Shown here: piece after piece, positions 8,333 through 16,573 of the stretch
How the letters are laid out: every line of letters begins with the position of its first letter
Position numbering within the stretch: position 1 is the first letter of the stretch
NCBI GenBank assembly: GCA_036169735.1
Contig: JAVHNX010000033.1
Coordinates: forward strand, 27,827-91,826
Length of the DNA: 64,000 bases
Reading direction: 5' to 3'
Origin: Minisyncoccota bacterium
Lineage (GTDB): Bacteria > Patescibacteriota > Minisyncoccia > Phycocordibacterales > UBA9973
Translations under genes and position numbers: made by a program
Notes under the pieces: generated by a model
Seen by the model: only the letters and a program-made list of their open reading frames with translations
Told to the model about the DNA's origin: nothing
The model's database searches: none

Positions 8333-10177
8333 GTGAAAGAAGACATTAAAGAACAATTGCAAAAATTCTTCAAAGGAGATGTAGAAGATAGTGAAGAAAC
8401 ACTTAAAACATATTCACACGATGCGAGTATTTTTGAGGTCCGACCTAAAGTAGTCGTTTTTCCAAAAGATTCGGAAGATGTACAAAATTTAGTTAAATGG
8501 GTAGGTGTTAACACAGAAAAATATCCAGGTCTCTCTATTACGGCTCGTTGTGCAGGGACAGATATGTCTGGCGGGGCAATAGGTGAATCTATCATTTTAG
8601 ATTTCACTAAGTATATGAATAAGTTGATAAGCTGGAATCAACCTCTAAAAAATTCTGCCGGCTTAACCCTTCCCGGAGAACCGGTTGGGACCCACACCGC
8701 TCAGAATTATTCAGAGGTTGCTTCCATAACCGTACAACCCGGTATGTTTTACCGAGATTTTGAAAAAATAACTTTGGAAAAAGGTCTTATTTTGCCTTGT
8801 TATACTGCTTCAAAAAGTCTCAATGCGATGGGTGGAATGTTTGGTAATAATTCGGCAGGTGAGCGAACTTTGAAATATGGTAAGACAGAAAATTATGTGA
8901 TGGAATCAAAAGTTATTTTTGCAGATGGGATTGAGAGAATAGTAAAACCTCTTTCAGAAAAAGAATTGCAGGATAAAATTTCTCAAAAAGATTTTGAAGG
9001 TGAAACTTATCGAAAACTTTATGAACTTATAAAAAGTAATCAAGAAGAAATAAATAATGCTCGACCAAAAGTCCATAAAAATTCTGCAGGTTATTATCTT
9101 TGGAATGTGATAGGTAATACTCAGTCTGTTGCAAATTCAGCCGGCTTAACCTTTCCCGGAGTACCGGTTGGGACCCACACCGCTCAGAATTTACAACAGA
9201 CTGAGTATTTTGATCTTAATAAACTTCTTGTTGGCTCACAAGGTACACTCGGAATAGCGACAGAGATTACTTTCAGATTAGTTAAAAATCCAAAATATTC
9301 AAAGCTCGTTGTTGTTTTTATGACGGACTTGAGTCCTCTTGGAAATCTTGTAGATGAAATATTAAAAGAGAATCCTGAAACATTGGAGACCTACGATGAC
9401 AAGACAATGAAACTCGCAGTCAGATTTTTCCCTGACTTTTTAAAGACAAAAGGTTTTGTCGGAATGATAAAATTCATGTGGAGTTTCTTGCCTGAACTAG
9501 GAATGATGATTACAGGCGGTTTTCCAAAATTAATTTTATTGGCTGAATTTGCAGGAGACAATGAGAACGAGGTAAATATAAAGTGTCAGAAACTTGTAGA
9601 AAGAATTAAAGTTTTTAAAATTAAAACTCATATAACAGGATCTGAAGCAGAAGCAGGAAAATACTGGGATATAAGACGTGATAGTTTTAGTCTTTTACGT
9701 AAGCACGTATCAGGTAAACGCACTGCACCATTTATTGATGATATCATTGTTCGCCCTGAATTCTTACCGAAATTTATTCCAGAATTAAATAAAATATTAA
9801 GTAAATACGATATCACTTATACCTTAGCTGGTCATGCCGGTGATGGTAATTTTCATGTTATTCCTTTGATGGATTTTAATAGACCTGATACTATAAAAAT
9901 AATTTTAGAGCTTTCAGAAAAAGTTTATAATTTGGTTTTACGTTACGAAGGGTCTATAACAGCAGAACACAATGATGGTCTTATTCGTACAATGTATCTA
10001 AAGAAAATGTATGGTGAGAAAATCTATGGTTTGTTTGCAGAAGTAAAGAATATTTTTGATTTTAAAAACATATTCAACCCCGGTAAGAAAGTATCTCTGC
10101 CTGACGGGCAAGCTGGTACTAAAGAATATATTTCATCACATCTTGCATTAGAGCATAATGTAAAACATGGTTCTTAA
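8333..10177 (+). CDS. FAD-linked oxidase (GlcD / D-lactate dehydrogenase-like), with two in-frame inserted repeat copies
   Basis: 614 aa, GTG start. FAD-binding PCMH domain (RCAGTDMSGGA ... LLVGSQGTLGI) plus C-terminal FAD-oxidase domain. Carries two 58-bp GC-rich insertions. Confidence 0.7.
   Translation: MKEDIKEQLQKFFKGDVEDSEETLKTYSHDASIFEVRPKVVVFPKDSEDVQNLVKWVGVNTEKYPGLSITARCAGTDMSGGAIGESIILDFTKYMNKLISWNQPLKNSAGLTLPGEPVGTHTAQNYSEVASITVQPGMFYRDFEKITLEKGLILPCYTASKSLNAMGGMFGNNSAGERTLKYGKTENYVMESKVIFADGIERIVKPLSEKELQDKISQKDFEGETYRKLYELIKSNQEEINNARPKVHKNSAGYYLWNVIGNTQSVANSAGLTFPGVPVGTHTAQNLQQTEYFDLNKLLVGSQGTLGIATEITFRLVKNPKYSKLVVVFMTDLSPLGNLVDEILKENPETLETYDDKTMKLAVRFFPDFLKTKGFVGMIKFMWSFLPELGMMITGGFPKLILLAEFAGDNENEVNIKCQKLVERIKVFKIKTHITGSEAEAGKYWDIRRDSFSLLRKHVSGKRTAPFIDDIIVRPEFLPKFIPELNKILSKYDITYTLAGHAGDGNFHVIPLMDFNRPDTIKIILELSEKVYNLVLRYEGSITAEHNDGLIRTMYLKKMYGEKIYGLFAEVKNIFDFKNIFNPGKKVSLPDGQAGTKEYISSHLALEHNVKHGS
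8651..8708 (+). repeat. 58-bp GC-rich element, copy 1 (short inverted termini AATTCTG / CAGAATT), in frame inside the FAD-oxidase CDS
   Basis: aattctgccggcttaacccttcccggagaaccggttgggacccacaccgctcagaatt. 55/58 identical to copy 2. Confidence 0.8.
9134..9191 (+). repeat. 58-bp GC-rich element, copy 2, in frame inside the FAD-oxidase CDS
   Basis: aattcagccggcttaacctttcccggagtaccggttgggacccacaccgctcagaatt. Lies 483 bp (161 codons) from copy 1. Confidence 0.8.
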
Positions 10178-10185
10178 AATGTAAC

Positions 10186-11544
10186 TTATTGAATCTTTTC
10201 TATTTTATTTCCACCTGATGAATCTTTGATTTCATAGCCTAGAGATTTTATTTTATCTCGAAGTTCATCGCTTTTTTTAAAGTCTTTATTTATACGTGCT
10301 TCTTCTCGTTCTTTTACCAGTTCTGTTATTTCATTTGGAATAATTTCTTCTTTTATTTTATCAAAACCTAGTCCTAAAACTTTATCAAATTCAAGAACGG
10401 TTGCACGTTTATCGGCATTACTCATAAACTCATCTTTAAATACATCCCACAGAAGTGAGAGAGCTCTAGGTGTATCTAAGTCATCGGCTAAATAATTTCT
10501 AAATTTTTGGTTTAACTCACCGTTTACTTTTCCAGTATCTTCGCCCAAATCTTTATAGAGTCTATACAGACGTTTCAATGCTATTTCAGAGCCCTCCAAG
10601 GCTTCCCAGACGAAGTTTACTCTAGTTCGGTAGTTTGCCATTAAAAGCCAAAATCTATAAGAAATTGGATTGATTCCTTTCTCAATTAAATCACGCAAAG
10701 TAAAGAAATTCTTGGCAGATTTGGACATCTTTTTTTGATCAACCAAAACCCACTCATTGTGCATCCAATATTTTACAAATTGTTTTCCTGTTGCTCCTTC
10801 GGATTGAGCAATTTCGTTTTCATGATGAGGAAACATATTATCAACTCCACCAGTATGGATGTCTATCTGTTCTCCTAAATTTGCCATAGACATGGCTGAA
10901 CATTCTATGTGCCAGCCAGGTCGTCCTTTTCCGAGTTCAGTCTCCCAAAAAACATCACCATCTTTTTCATCCCACATTTTCCAAAGAGCGAAGTCTTGAA
11001 TGTTGTCTTTATCATATTCGTCACTTGTTATTCTGCCTGCAGCGTTCTCTTTTTGTTCTTCTATTACAAGATGAGAAAGTTTTCCATAATTTTTAAATTT
11101 CTTTATATTAAAATAAATACTACCATCTGTACTCTTGTAAGCGAGGTCCTTTTCAAGTAATTTCTTTATAAGACTAACCATCTCGTCTATATAATCTGTA
11201 GCTTTTATTAGTTTAGTTGGACTTAAAATATTTAGAGATTTTGTATCTTTTATAAATTCCTCAGTATAAAATTCAGTGAAATCTTTTAGTGATTTTCCTT
11301 CTTTTTGTGAATCACGAATAGTTTTGTCATCAATATCGGTGACATTCATTATGGATTTTACATTAAATCCTTCACGAGTCAGGACTCTTTTTAAAATATC
11401 AGCAAAGATATAAGCTCGGTAGTTTCCTATATGGGGATAATTATATACAGTTGGACCACAAGTATACATAGTAACCTCGTTTGGGTTAATAGGTAAAAAT
11501 TCTTCTTTTTCTCGAGTTAATGTGTTGAAGAATTTTAAAGCCAT
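10186..11544 (-). CDS. cysS: Cysteinyl-tRNA synthetase
   Basis: 452 aa. CGPTVYNYPHIGN (HIGH) and KMSKS motifs. Zn-binding Cys residues. Confidence 0.9.
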   Translation of the reverse strand: MALKFFNTLTREKEEFLPINPNEVTMYTCGPTVYNYPHIGNYRAYIFADILKRVLTREGFNVKSIMNVTDIDDKTIRDSQKEGKSLKDFTEFYTEEFIKDTKSLNILSPTKLIKATDYIDEMVSLIKKLLEKDLAYKSTDGSIYFNIKKFKNYGKLSHLVIEEQKENAAGRITSDEYDKDNIQDFALWKMWDEKDGDVFWETELGKGRPGWHIECSAMSMANLGEQIDIHTGGVDNMFPHHENEIAQSEGATGKQFVKYWMHNEWVLVDQKKMSKSAKNFFTLRDLIEKGINPISYRFWLLMANYRTRVNFVWEALEGSEIALKRLYRLYKDLGEDTGKVNGELNQKFRNYLADDLDTPRALSLLWDVFKDEFMSNADKRATVLEFDKVLGLGFDKIKEEIIPNEITELVKEREEARINKDFKKSDELRDKIKSLGYEIKDSSGGNKIEKIQ

Positions 11545-12446
11545 TTTTTTAGTTTAAAGAAAATGAAGGTAGCGATACTTGTTAAAAACATTCCACCTAA
11601 TATCATATAAAATTCAACAAAAGTTCTGATAAGAGGGAATTCAGTGTTCATCATAAAAACACTTGCTAGTAATGTTGCTGGTGCGATGATAAAAGTCATT
11701 ATAGTGAGTACTCTCATTGTCTCGTTTGTTTTAGATGAAAGGAGTGAATCGTTTGTTTCACGTAAGTCTGTCAGAACATCTTTTTCATTATCTAAAATAT
11801 TTTTTATTTTATTGTATTCACTGATGATAGATTCAAGATAAAAAGCGAATTCTGGGTCAAAGAATTTTTTACCAACTGACTCGAAAGATTTTAGAGTTTC
11901 ATAATGAAAACGTAATGATTGTCTATAACTAAGAAGATGTCTATTTAAATTTGAAATTGTTTTTACTGTTTCTTTTTCTCTACCTTCAAATATGTTGTGT
12001 TCTATTTTCTTTAGGTCAGGATTAATAGTATCGAGTTCAGTTATTACATTTTTGTAAAGTTCTTTGATTACGCTGTAAAAGAGATGCCCAGCATGATTGC
12101 CTACATTGTGTTTATCAAGTAAAGCATCCATTTCGAATTTTTTAGAAAATTCATGCAATGGGTTTATTAACTCGTAATGTATAGTTATTAAAAAATTCTT
12201 TCCAATAACGAAGTCTATTTCTTGTTCAGTTTTGAAATTTTTAAGATGGCGATTGACCGGGAAATGAAGAACTAGAAATATTAAATCCTTATAAAGATCT
12301 ACTTTTGACCGAACTGTCTCAGAAATGAACTCTTCAGCCATTAATTTGGGGAGAGAGAATTCTTCTACTAAGTGTGAAACTTCTTCTGGTGTAGGAGACT
12401 GTAAATCAACCCAAGTAATATTATTAAAACTATATTTTGAAATCAT
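11535..12446 (-). CDS. CorA-family divalent cation transporter (MMN variant of the GMN motif)
   Basis: 303 aa. Cytoplasmic N-domain, two C-terminal TM helices flanking the FMMNTEFP loop. Confidence 0.5.
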   Translation of the reverse strand: MISKYSFNNITWVDLQSPTPEEVSHLVEEFSLPKLMAEEFISETVRSKVDLYKDLIFLVLHFPVNRHLKNFKTEQEIDFVIGKNFLITIHYELINPLHEFSKKFEMDALLDKHNVGNHAGHLFYSVIKELYKNVITELDTINPDLKKIEHNIFEGREKETVKTISNLNRHLLSYRQSLRFHYETLKSFESVGKKFFDPEFAFYLESIISEYNKIKNILDNEKDVLTDLRETNDSLLSSKTNETMRVLTIMTFIIAPATLLASVFMMNTEFPLIRTFVEFYMILGGMFLTSIATFIFFKLKKWL

Positions 12447-12506
12447 ATAAATAGATTATAGCAAAGATGCTTGCATTTTTACAATGTTTCGTATAATATA
12501 GAACTT

Positions 12507-12824
12507 ATGGAATTTGCAGTTATACAAACAGGTGGAAAACAATACAAAGTCTCAAAAGGAGATCTTTTTTCTACTGAGAAAATAAAGGGTGAATATAAGA
12601 AAGGGGACAAAGTTTCCTTTGATAAAGTTCTCTTGGTTGATGACGGAAAAGACACAACTATCGGTACTCCTTATATCACTGGTGCGAAAGTTGATGCTGA
12701 ACTTATTGAAATCGGAAGAACTCGAAAAGTGATGGTTATCAAGTACAAACAGAAATCCCGCTACCTACGCCGAAACGGACACAGACAGCCTTACTTTAAA
12801 TTTAAAATACTTTCTATAAGCTAA
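12507..12824 (+). CDS. rplU: 50S ribosomal protein L21
   Basis: MEFAVIQTGGKQYKV... is the canonical bL21 N-terminus. Start placed at the internal ATG at 12507. Confidence 0.9.
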   Translation: MEFAVIQTGGKQYKVSKGDLFSTEKIKGEYKKGDKVSFDKVLLVDDGKDTTIGTPYITGAKVDAELIEIGRTRKVMVIKYKQKSRYLRRNGHRQPYFKFKILSIS

Positions 12825-12829
12825 AACAA

Positions 12830-12857
12830 AAAAAACACCGTAAGGTGTTTTTTTGTT
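12830..12857 (+). terminator. Rho-independent terminator of rplU
   Basis: AACACC-GTAA-GGTGTT hairpin followed by TTTTTTGTTT. Confidence 0.65.
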
Positions 12858-12991
12858 TACTTTCTTTATTGTTTTAAGGTATATTTAAACAAAGAGTTCT
12901 TTATCTAGACCTTGTACACATCGCATGGGTCCTCCGTGGGTTTAGTTTAAAGTAATGCCTCACCTGTAATTGGGTGGGGTATTTTTTATAA

Positions 12992-13706
12992 TACATAGGA
13001 GTCTCCTATGTAGTTGCATCATCATTAAAACTTAACCACTCAAATAATTCTTTTTTATGATCATCGGGTATTTTAAAATAAGCGGGGAACTGTAGAGGGT
13101 TTAGTATCTTAAATTTATTTTCATTGTATTCTTTTATACTCGAATATGGATATTCAAAAATATATTTTAATAACTCAGAAACTGATTTAGTTCTTTTTTC
13201 TTTCCAATTTTTGTCTATAAGTTTTGCTGGATTTAAATGAATATAAGAGTATAAGTACTTTAAATAATTATCTGTATCTAAATGTGTTGATTTAAATACT
13301 CCCTCATATAGTTTACCTGTTCGCTTGTACTTTTTATTGAAGTACATAGAATATCCCGTTAGTAGCTTACGCATATATACAGAAATACCATTTTCTATTT
13401 TTTCACGAACAAGAATATGAAAATGGTTTGGCATTAAACAAAAAGTACCAATATCAACGATTGTTTCTTTTCGATCAAAAAATTCTCCTACATTTCTTAA
13501 AGCTATACTTTTTTCAGTGTTACAAATATACATCAAGAACAAAAAATGCTGATAGTCTTGTTTATCTAAAAAGATTATTCTTTTTTCAGTGCCACGATTA
13601 TATAAATGATAATACTCATTTATAGCAAAAGATTGTTTTCGTAAAGCCATAGTTTTAAGTATAACATACATAGGAGTTTCCTGTGTACATAGGAAACTCC
13701 TATGTA
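12992..13706 (-). mobile_element. IS200/IS605-like (RAYT-type) single-gene element bounded by palindromic hairpins
   Basis: Left hairpin tacataggag-t-ctcctatgta at 12992-13012. Right hairpin tacataggagtttcc-N10-ggaaactcctatgta at 13667-13706. Both share the TACATAGGAG core. The transposase start and stop codons lie inside the hairpins. Confidence 0.65.
13006..13671 (-). CDS. Y1 (HuH) transposase, IS200-like / REP-associated tyrosine transposase family
   Basis: 221 aa. N-terminal YHLYNRG. HuH motif MPNHFHILV. Catalytic-Tyr region YSYIHLNP. Confidence 0.8.
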   Translation of the reverse strand: MYVILKTMALRKQSFAINEYYHLYNRGTEKRIIFLDKQDYQHFLFLMYICNTEKSIALRNVGEFFDRKETIVDIGTFCLMPNHFHILVREKIENGISVYMRKLLTGYSMYFNKKYKRTGKLYEGVFKSTHLDTDNYLKYLYSYIHLNPAKLIDKNWKEKRTKSVSELLKYIFEYPYSSIKEYNENKFKILNPLQFPAYFKIPDDHKKELFEWLSFNDDATT

Positions 13707-13836
13707 ATGGTTGACAAAACAGTATAAAAGTGATACTCTTTACTTAGTTCTTTCTGTACAGAAAGATTGTCATGTGGCTCCAGAGTAGTCTTTATTCTCT
13801 GTAATATATAAAGAGTTCTTTAAATAACATCGTACG

Positions 13837-14175
13837 ATGAAAAACACAATTCAAATTTTAAGTGGTCCTTCAAGAGAAGAACTATTTGATGGTTTACGTC
13901 TTTTTTTTGAAAAGAGAACTGTAAATTTTACTGTAGAAAATGATAATGGAAGATCTAAAAGAGGTTTACCAACTATTATTCAATGTATTGAACCAGAAGA
14001 TGGAAGTGGAGATTCTTGGAATATTAGATTTAATATTCCAACTGAGGATTTATTACGTCTTGATTATAGTTTTTTTCCTGATAATTTTTATGACTCTCAT
14101 GTAAACAAAAAAATGGTAGGTGTAAAAGCTTATTATTCAACAAAAAGTAGAGTAGGAACAATAACTATTGAATAA
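13837..14175 (+). CDS. Hypothetical protein
   Basis: 112 aa, no recognisable motif. Bounded by the mobile element upstream and a terminator downstream. Confidence 0.4.
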   Translation: MKNTIQILSGPSREELFDGLRLFFEKRTVNFTVENDNGRSKRGLPTIIQCIEPEDGSGDSWNIRFNIPTEDLLRLDYSFFPDNFYDSHVNKKMVGVKAYYSTKSRVGTITIE

Positions 14176-14195
14176 AGTTTTTAATTATTTCAAAA

Positions 14196-14225
14196 GACCC
14201 TCACAAATGTGGGGGCTTTTTTTAT
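14196..14225. terminator. Bidirectional rho-independent terminator between convergent genes
   Basis: CCCTCACA-AA-TGTGGGGG stem (one G-U pair) followed by CTTTTTTTATTT. Confidence 0.55.
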
Positions 14226-14233
14226 TTCATTTT

Positions 14234-14851
14234 TTAACTTCGATTTTTAAGTGCGTTTTTTAGAGTTTCATTGTCAGAGTATTCAAGCTCTGTACCAGTA
14301 GATAGTCCACGGCCTAGAGATGATATTTTTATTGATAGAGAATCTGTAATATCTTTTAATTGTTCTCTCACATAATAATCAGTATGGTCACCTTGAGGAC
14401 TTAATGAGAACGCTAGTATTACTTCTTTTAGACCTTTATTAGAATTATCTTTTATTTTTTCTATCAGTTCATTTATTCGTATTCTTGTTTTAGTATTTTT
14501 TTCAACAATCGGTACAAGTCCACCTAAGACAAAATATTTTCCATGATAGGTGCGACTTTTTTTTATACTTTCTAAATCAGAATCTTTTTCAACTATCATC
14601 AGTGTCGATATCTCTGTTGAAGGGTCACTACAGATATCACAGAGCTTGTCTTTATTTGAGTTAAAAATATAAAATCTGAAACATTCTTTACATTGAGAAA
14701 CTTCTCTTTTTAATTCAGTAATCAAACTAGATAAATTGTCTGTATAGCTTGTACTCCGAGACATAAGAAAATAAACAAAACGTTTTGCTTGCCTTTCTCC
14801 AATACCTGGGAATTCTTTGAAATATTCTGTTAATTTATCTATTGGATCCAT
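14234..14851 (-). CDS. recR: Recombination protein RecR
   Basis: 205 aa. HhH at the N-terminus (FPGIGERQAKR). C4 zinc finger (CKEC...CDIC). Toprim domain. Confidence 0.9.
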   Translation of the reverse strand: MDPIDKLTEYFKEFPGIGERQAKRFVYFLMSRSTSYTDNLSSLITELKREVSQCKECFRFYIFNSNKDKLCDICSDPSTEISTLMIVEKDSDLESIKKSRTYHGKYFVLGGLVPIVEKNTKTRIRINELIEKIKDNSNKGLKEVILAFSLSPQGDHTDYYVREQLKDITDSLSIKISSLGRGLSTGTELEYSDNETLKNALKNRS

Positions 14852-14859
14852 TGTATATA

Positions 14860-16251
14860 TTAAAACTCACTCAAACTATTTCCATTTTTAGGTGGAGAGA
14901 ATTCACTCATGTCGCTTCTTTCTAGGTTTAAGAATGTTGTAGTCTTTTCATCAAAATAAAGATCAACTTTTCCAACTGGACCATTTCTATGTTTTTCAAT
15001 CAAAATCTCAGCAATATTTGTTTTTTCAGATTCTTCTTTACCTTTGTCTTCACGGTGAATAAACATAACGACGTCCGCATCTTGTTCGATAGATCCTGAG
15101 TCACGAAGGTCTGAAAGTCTTGGTTTTCCTCCTCTGGATTCTACGGCACGAGATAATTGGGATAAAGCCAATACAGGAACATTGAGTTCTTTGGCCAATG
15201 CCTTGAGAGATCTAGAAATTTCAGTAACTTGGTTAACCATTGAATCATGGTTTTTAGAAGTAGTCATGAGCTGCAAGTAATCCACAACAATAAGATCCAA
15301 ACCTTTTTCGGCTTTGATTCTTCTAGCGAGTGATTTCATTCTGACAATAGAGTTACCAGCTTGATCATCGATATACATTTTTGCTTTTGAAAGTTTGTCT
15401 AAAGAATCACGTAGTTGTGCAAAATCTTTATCGGAAGATAAATTTCCAGTACGCAAATTCCAAGCATTCACTCTTGATTGAGCGGAAAGCATTCTATCGA
15501 CTAATTGTTGAGAGGACATTTCGAGAGAAAATATTAAAATTGATTTGTCATGATTTACTGCAGCTAAGCGCGCGATGTCCAAAGCTAATGTAGTCTTACC
15601 CATAGAAGGTCGAGCGGCAAGAATTATTAAATCTTGATTTTGAAGTCCAGAAAGAAGACCATCTAAATCTCGGAAACCTGTTGGTAATCCACGGAGCATT
15701 CCTTTGGTCTCGTGTAATTTTTCTAAACGCTCATAAGCTTCTGGCAACTCATCTTTCAAACTAACAAATTTCTGACTCTTCGGTGAAGAAACAACACTAA
15801 ACATTCTTTTTTCTGCCATATCTAAAATATCATCCATATGATCGTCGCCTTCCTCAAAAGCAAGTTCAGAAACATAATCAGCAGCTTCGATCAAACTTCT
15901 CAAAACATATTTTTTTTGAACTATATCTGCATAGTGCTTGGCGTTTGTGGATGAAGGAACAGTATTCACGATATCAGCAAGATATTGGTTTCCTCCGATA
16001 TTATCAATCAATTTTTGTTCACCAAGTTTAGTAGAAAGAGACAGCATGTCTATCGGTTCATTTTTTGAAGATAGATCGAGCATCGCATTAAAAATAATTT
16101 TATGTTTTTCAGCATAAAAAGAGTCTGGATTGATAGTGTCTTCTATTTCATGCATTGCTTCCTTGCGGAGCATGATAGACCCGAGAACAGCTTTCTCAGA
16201 CTCGATATGCTGAGGAGGAATACGTATTTCATTTTTTCTGTTATTTTTCAT
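14860..16251 (-). CDS. dnaB: Replicative DNA helicase DnaB
   Basis: 463 aa. N-terminal DnaB domain (AEKAVLGSIML). Walker A GARPSMGKT. RecA-like core. Confidence 0.9.
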   Translation of the reverse strand: MKNNRKNEIRIPPQHIESEKAVLGSIMLRKEAMHEIEDTINPDSFYAEKHKIIFNAMLDLSSKNEPIDMLSLSTKLGEQKLIDNIGGNQYLADIVNTVPSSTNAKHYADIVQKKYVLRSLIEAADYVSELAFEEGDDHMDDILDMAEKRMFSVVSSPKSQKFVSLKDELPEAYERLEKLHETKGMLRGLPTGFRDLDGLLSGLQNQDLIILAARPSMGKTTLALDIARLAAVNHDKSILIFSLEMSSQQLVDRMLSAQSRVNAWNLRTGNLSSDKDFAQLRDSLDKLSKAKMYIDDQAGNSIVRMKSLARRIKAEKGLDLIVVDYLQLMTTSKNHDSMVNQVTEISRSLKALAKELNVPVLALSQLSRAVESRGGKPRLSDLRDSGSIEQDADVVMFIHREDKGKEESEKTNIAEILIEKHRNGPVGKVDLYFDEKTTTFLNLERSDMSEFSPPKNGNSLSEF

Positions 16252-16261
16252 ATTATTTTTT

Positions 16262-16297
16262 ACTCCGACCTTATGTCGGAGTCCGACTCTGGTCGGA
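16262..16297. promoter_or_regulatory. Two adjacent GC-rich hairpins (CTCCGAC-N5-GTCGGAG and TCCGAC-N4-GTCGGA) in the dnaB upstream region
   Basis: Seen directly in the sequence. GC-rich island in an AT-rich divergent intergenic region. Confidence 0.3.
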
Positions 16298-16417
16298 CCA
16301 TTAGGGCTATTCTAACACAGTGCAGAAATAGTCAAAATCAAAAAAGTGGGCAAACATGTTATTAAAATGGGGACAAATATTCCTGCTAAATTTTAAAGGA
16401 TATGATAATATATAACC

Positions 16418-16573
16418 ATGAGTTCAGATATTATCCAAAAAATAACGGAAATATATAGCGATTTTAAAAACAAGTTAAGCGATATAAAAAATCAAAAAAA
16501 ATCTTTACTTAAAATATATCGTACAAAAATTGAGGAGGCAAAAATAAAAGAGCTTAAAGAATCCATAAAATAA
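16418..16573 (+). CDS. Small ORF (51 aa, K/E-rich helical) translationally coupled to the downstream 801-aa gene
   Basis: ATG at 16418. The stop TAA overlaps the next ATG as TAATG. Preceded 2 nt upstream by the 15-mer TATGATAATATATAA. Confidence 0.35.
   Translation: MSSDIIQKITEIYSDFKNKLSDIKNQKKSLLKIYRTKIEEAKIKELKESIK

Noticed and set aside
8651-9191. Possibility that the paired 58-bp repeats are a CRISPR array or a DGR template/variable repeat pair
   Set aside because: Only two copies. They are 425 bp apart and are coding. No cas genes and no reverse transcriptase nearby. The three mismatches are not adenine-specific.
13706-13836. TTGACA at 13710 as a promoter for the 13837 gene
   Set aside because: The nearest TATAAA lies only 6 nt downstream and other -10 candidates give 15-nt spacing. 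Signal too weak.
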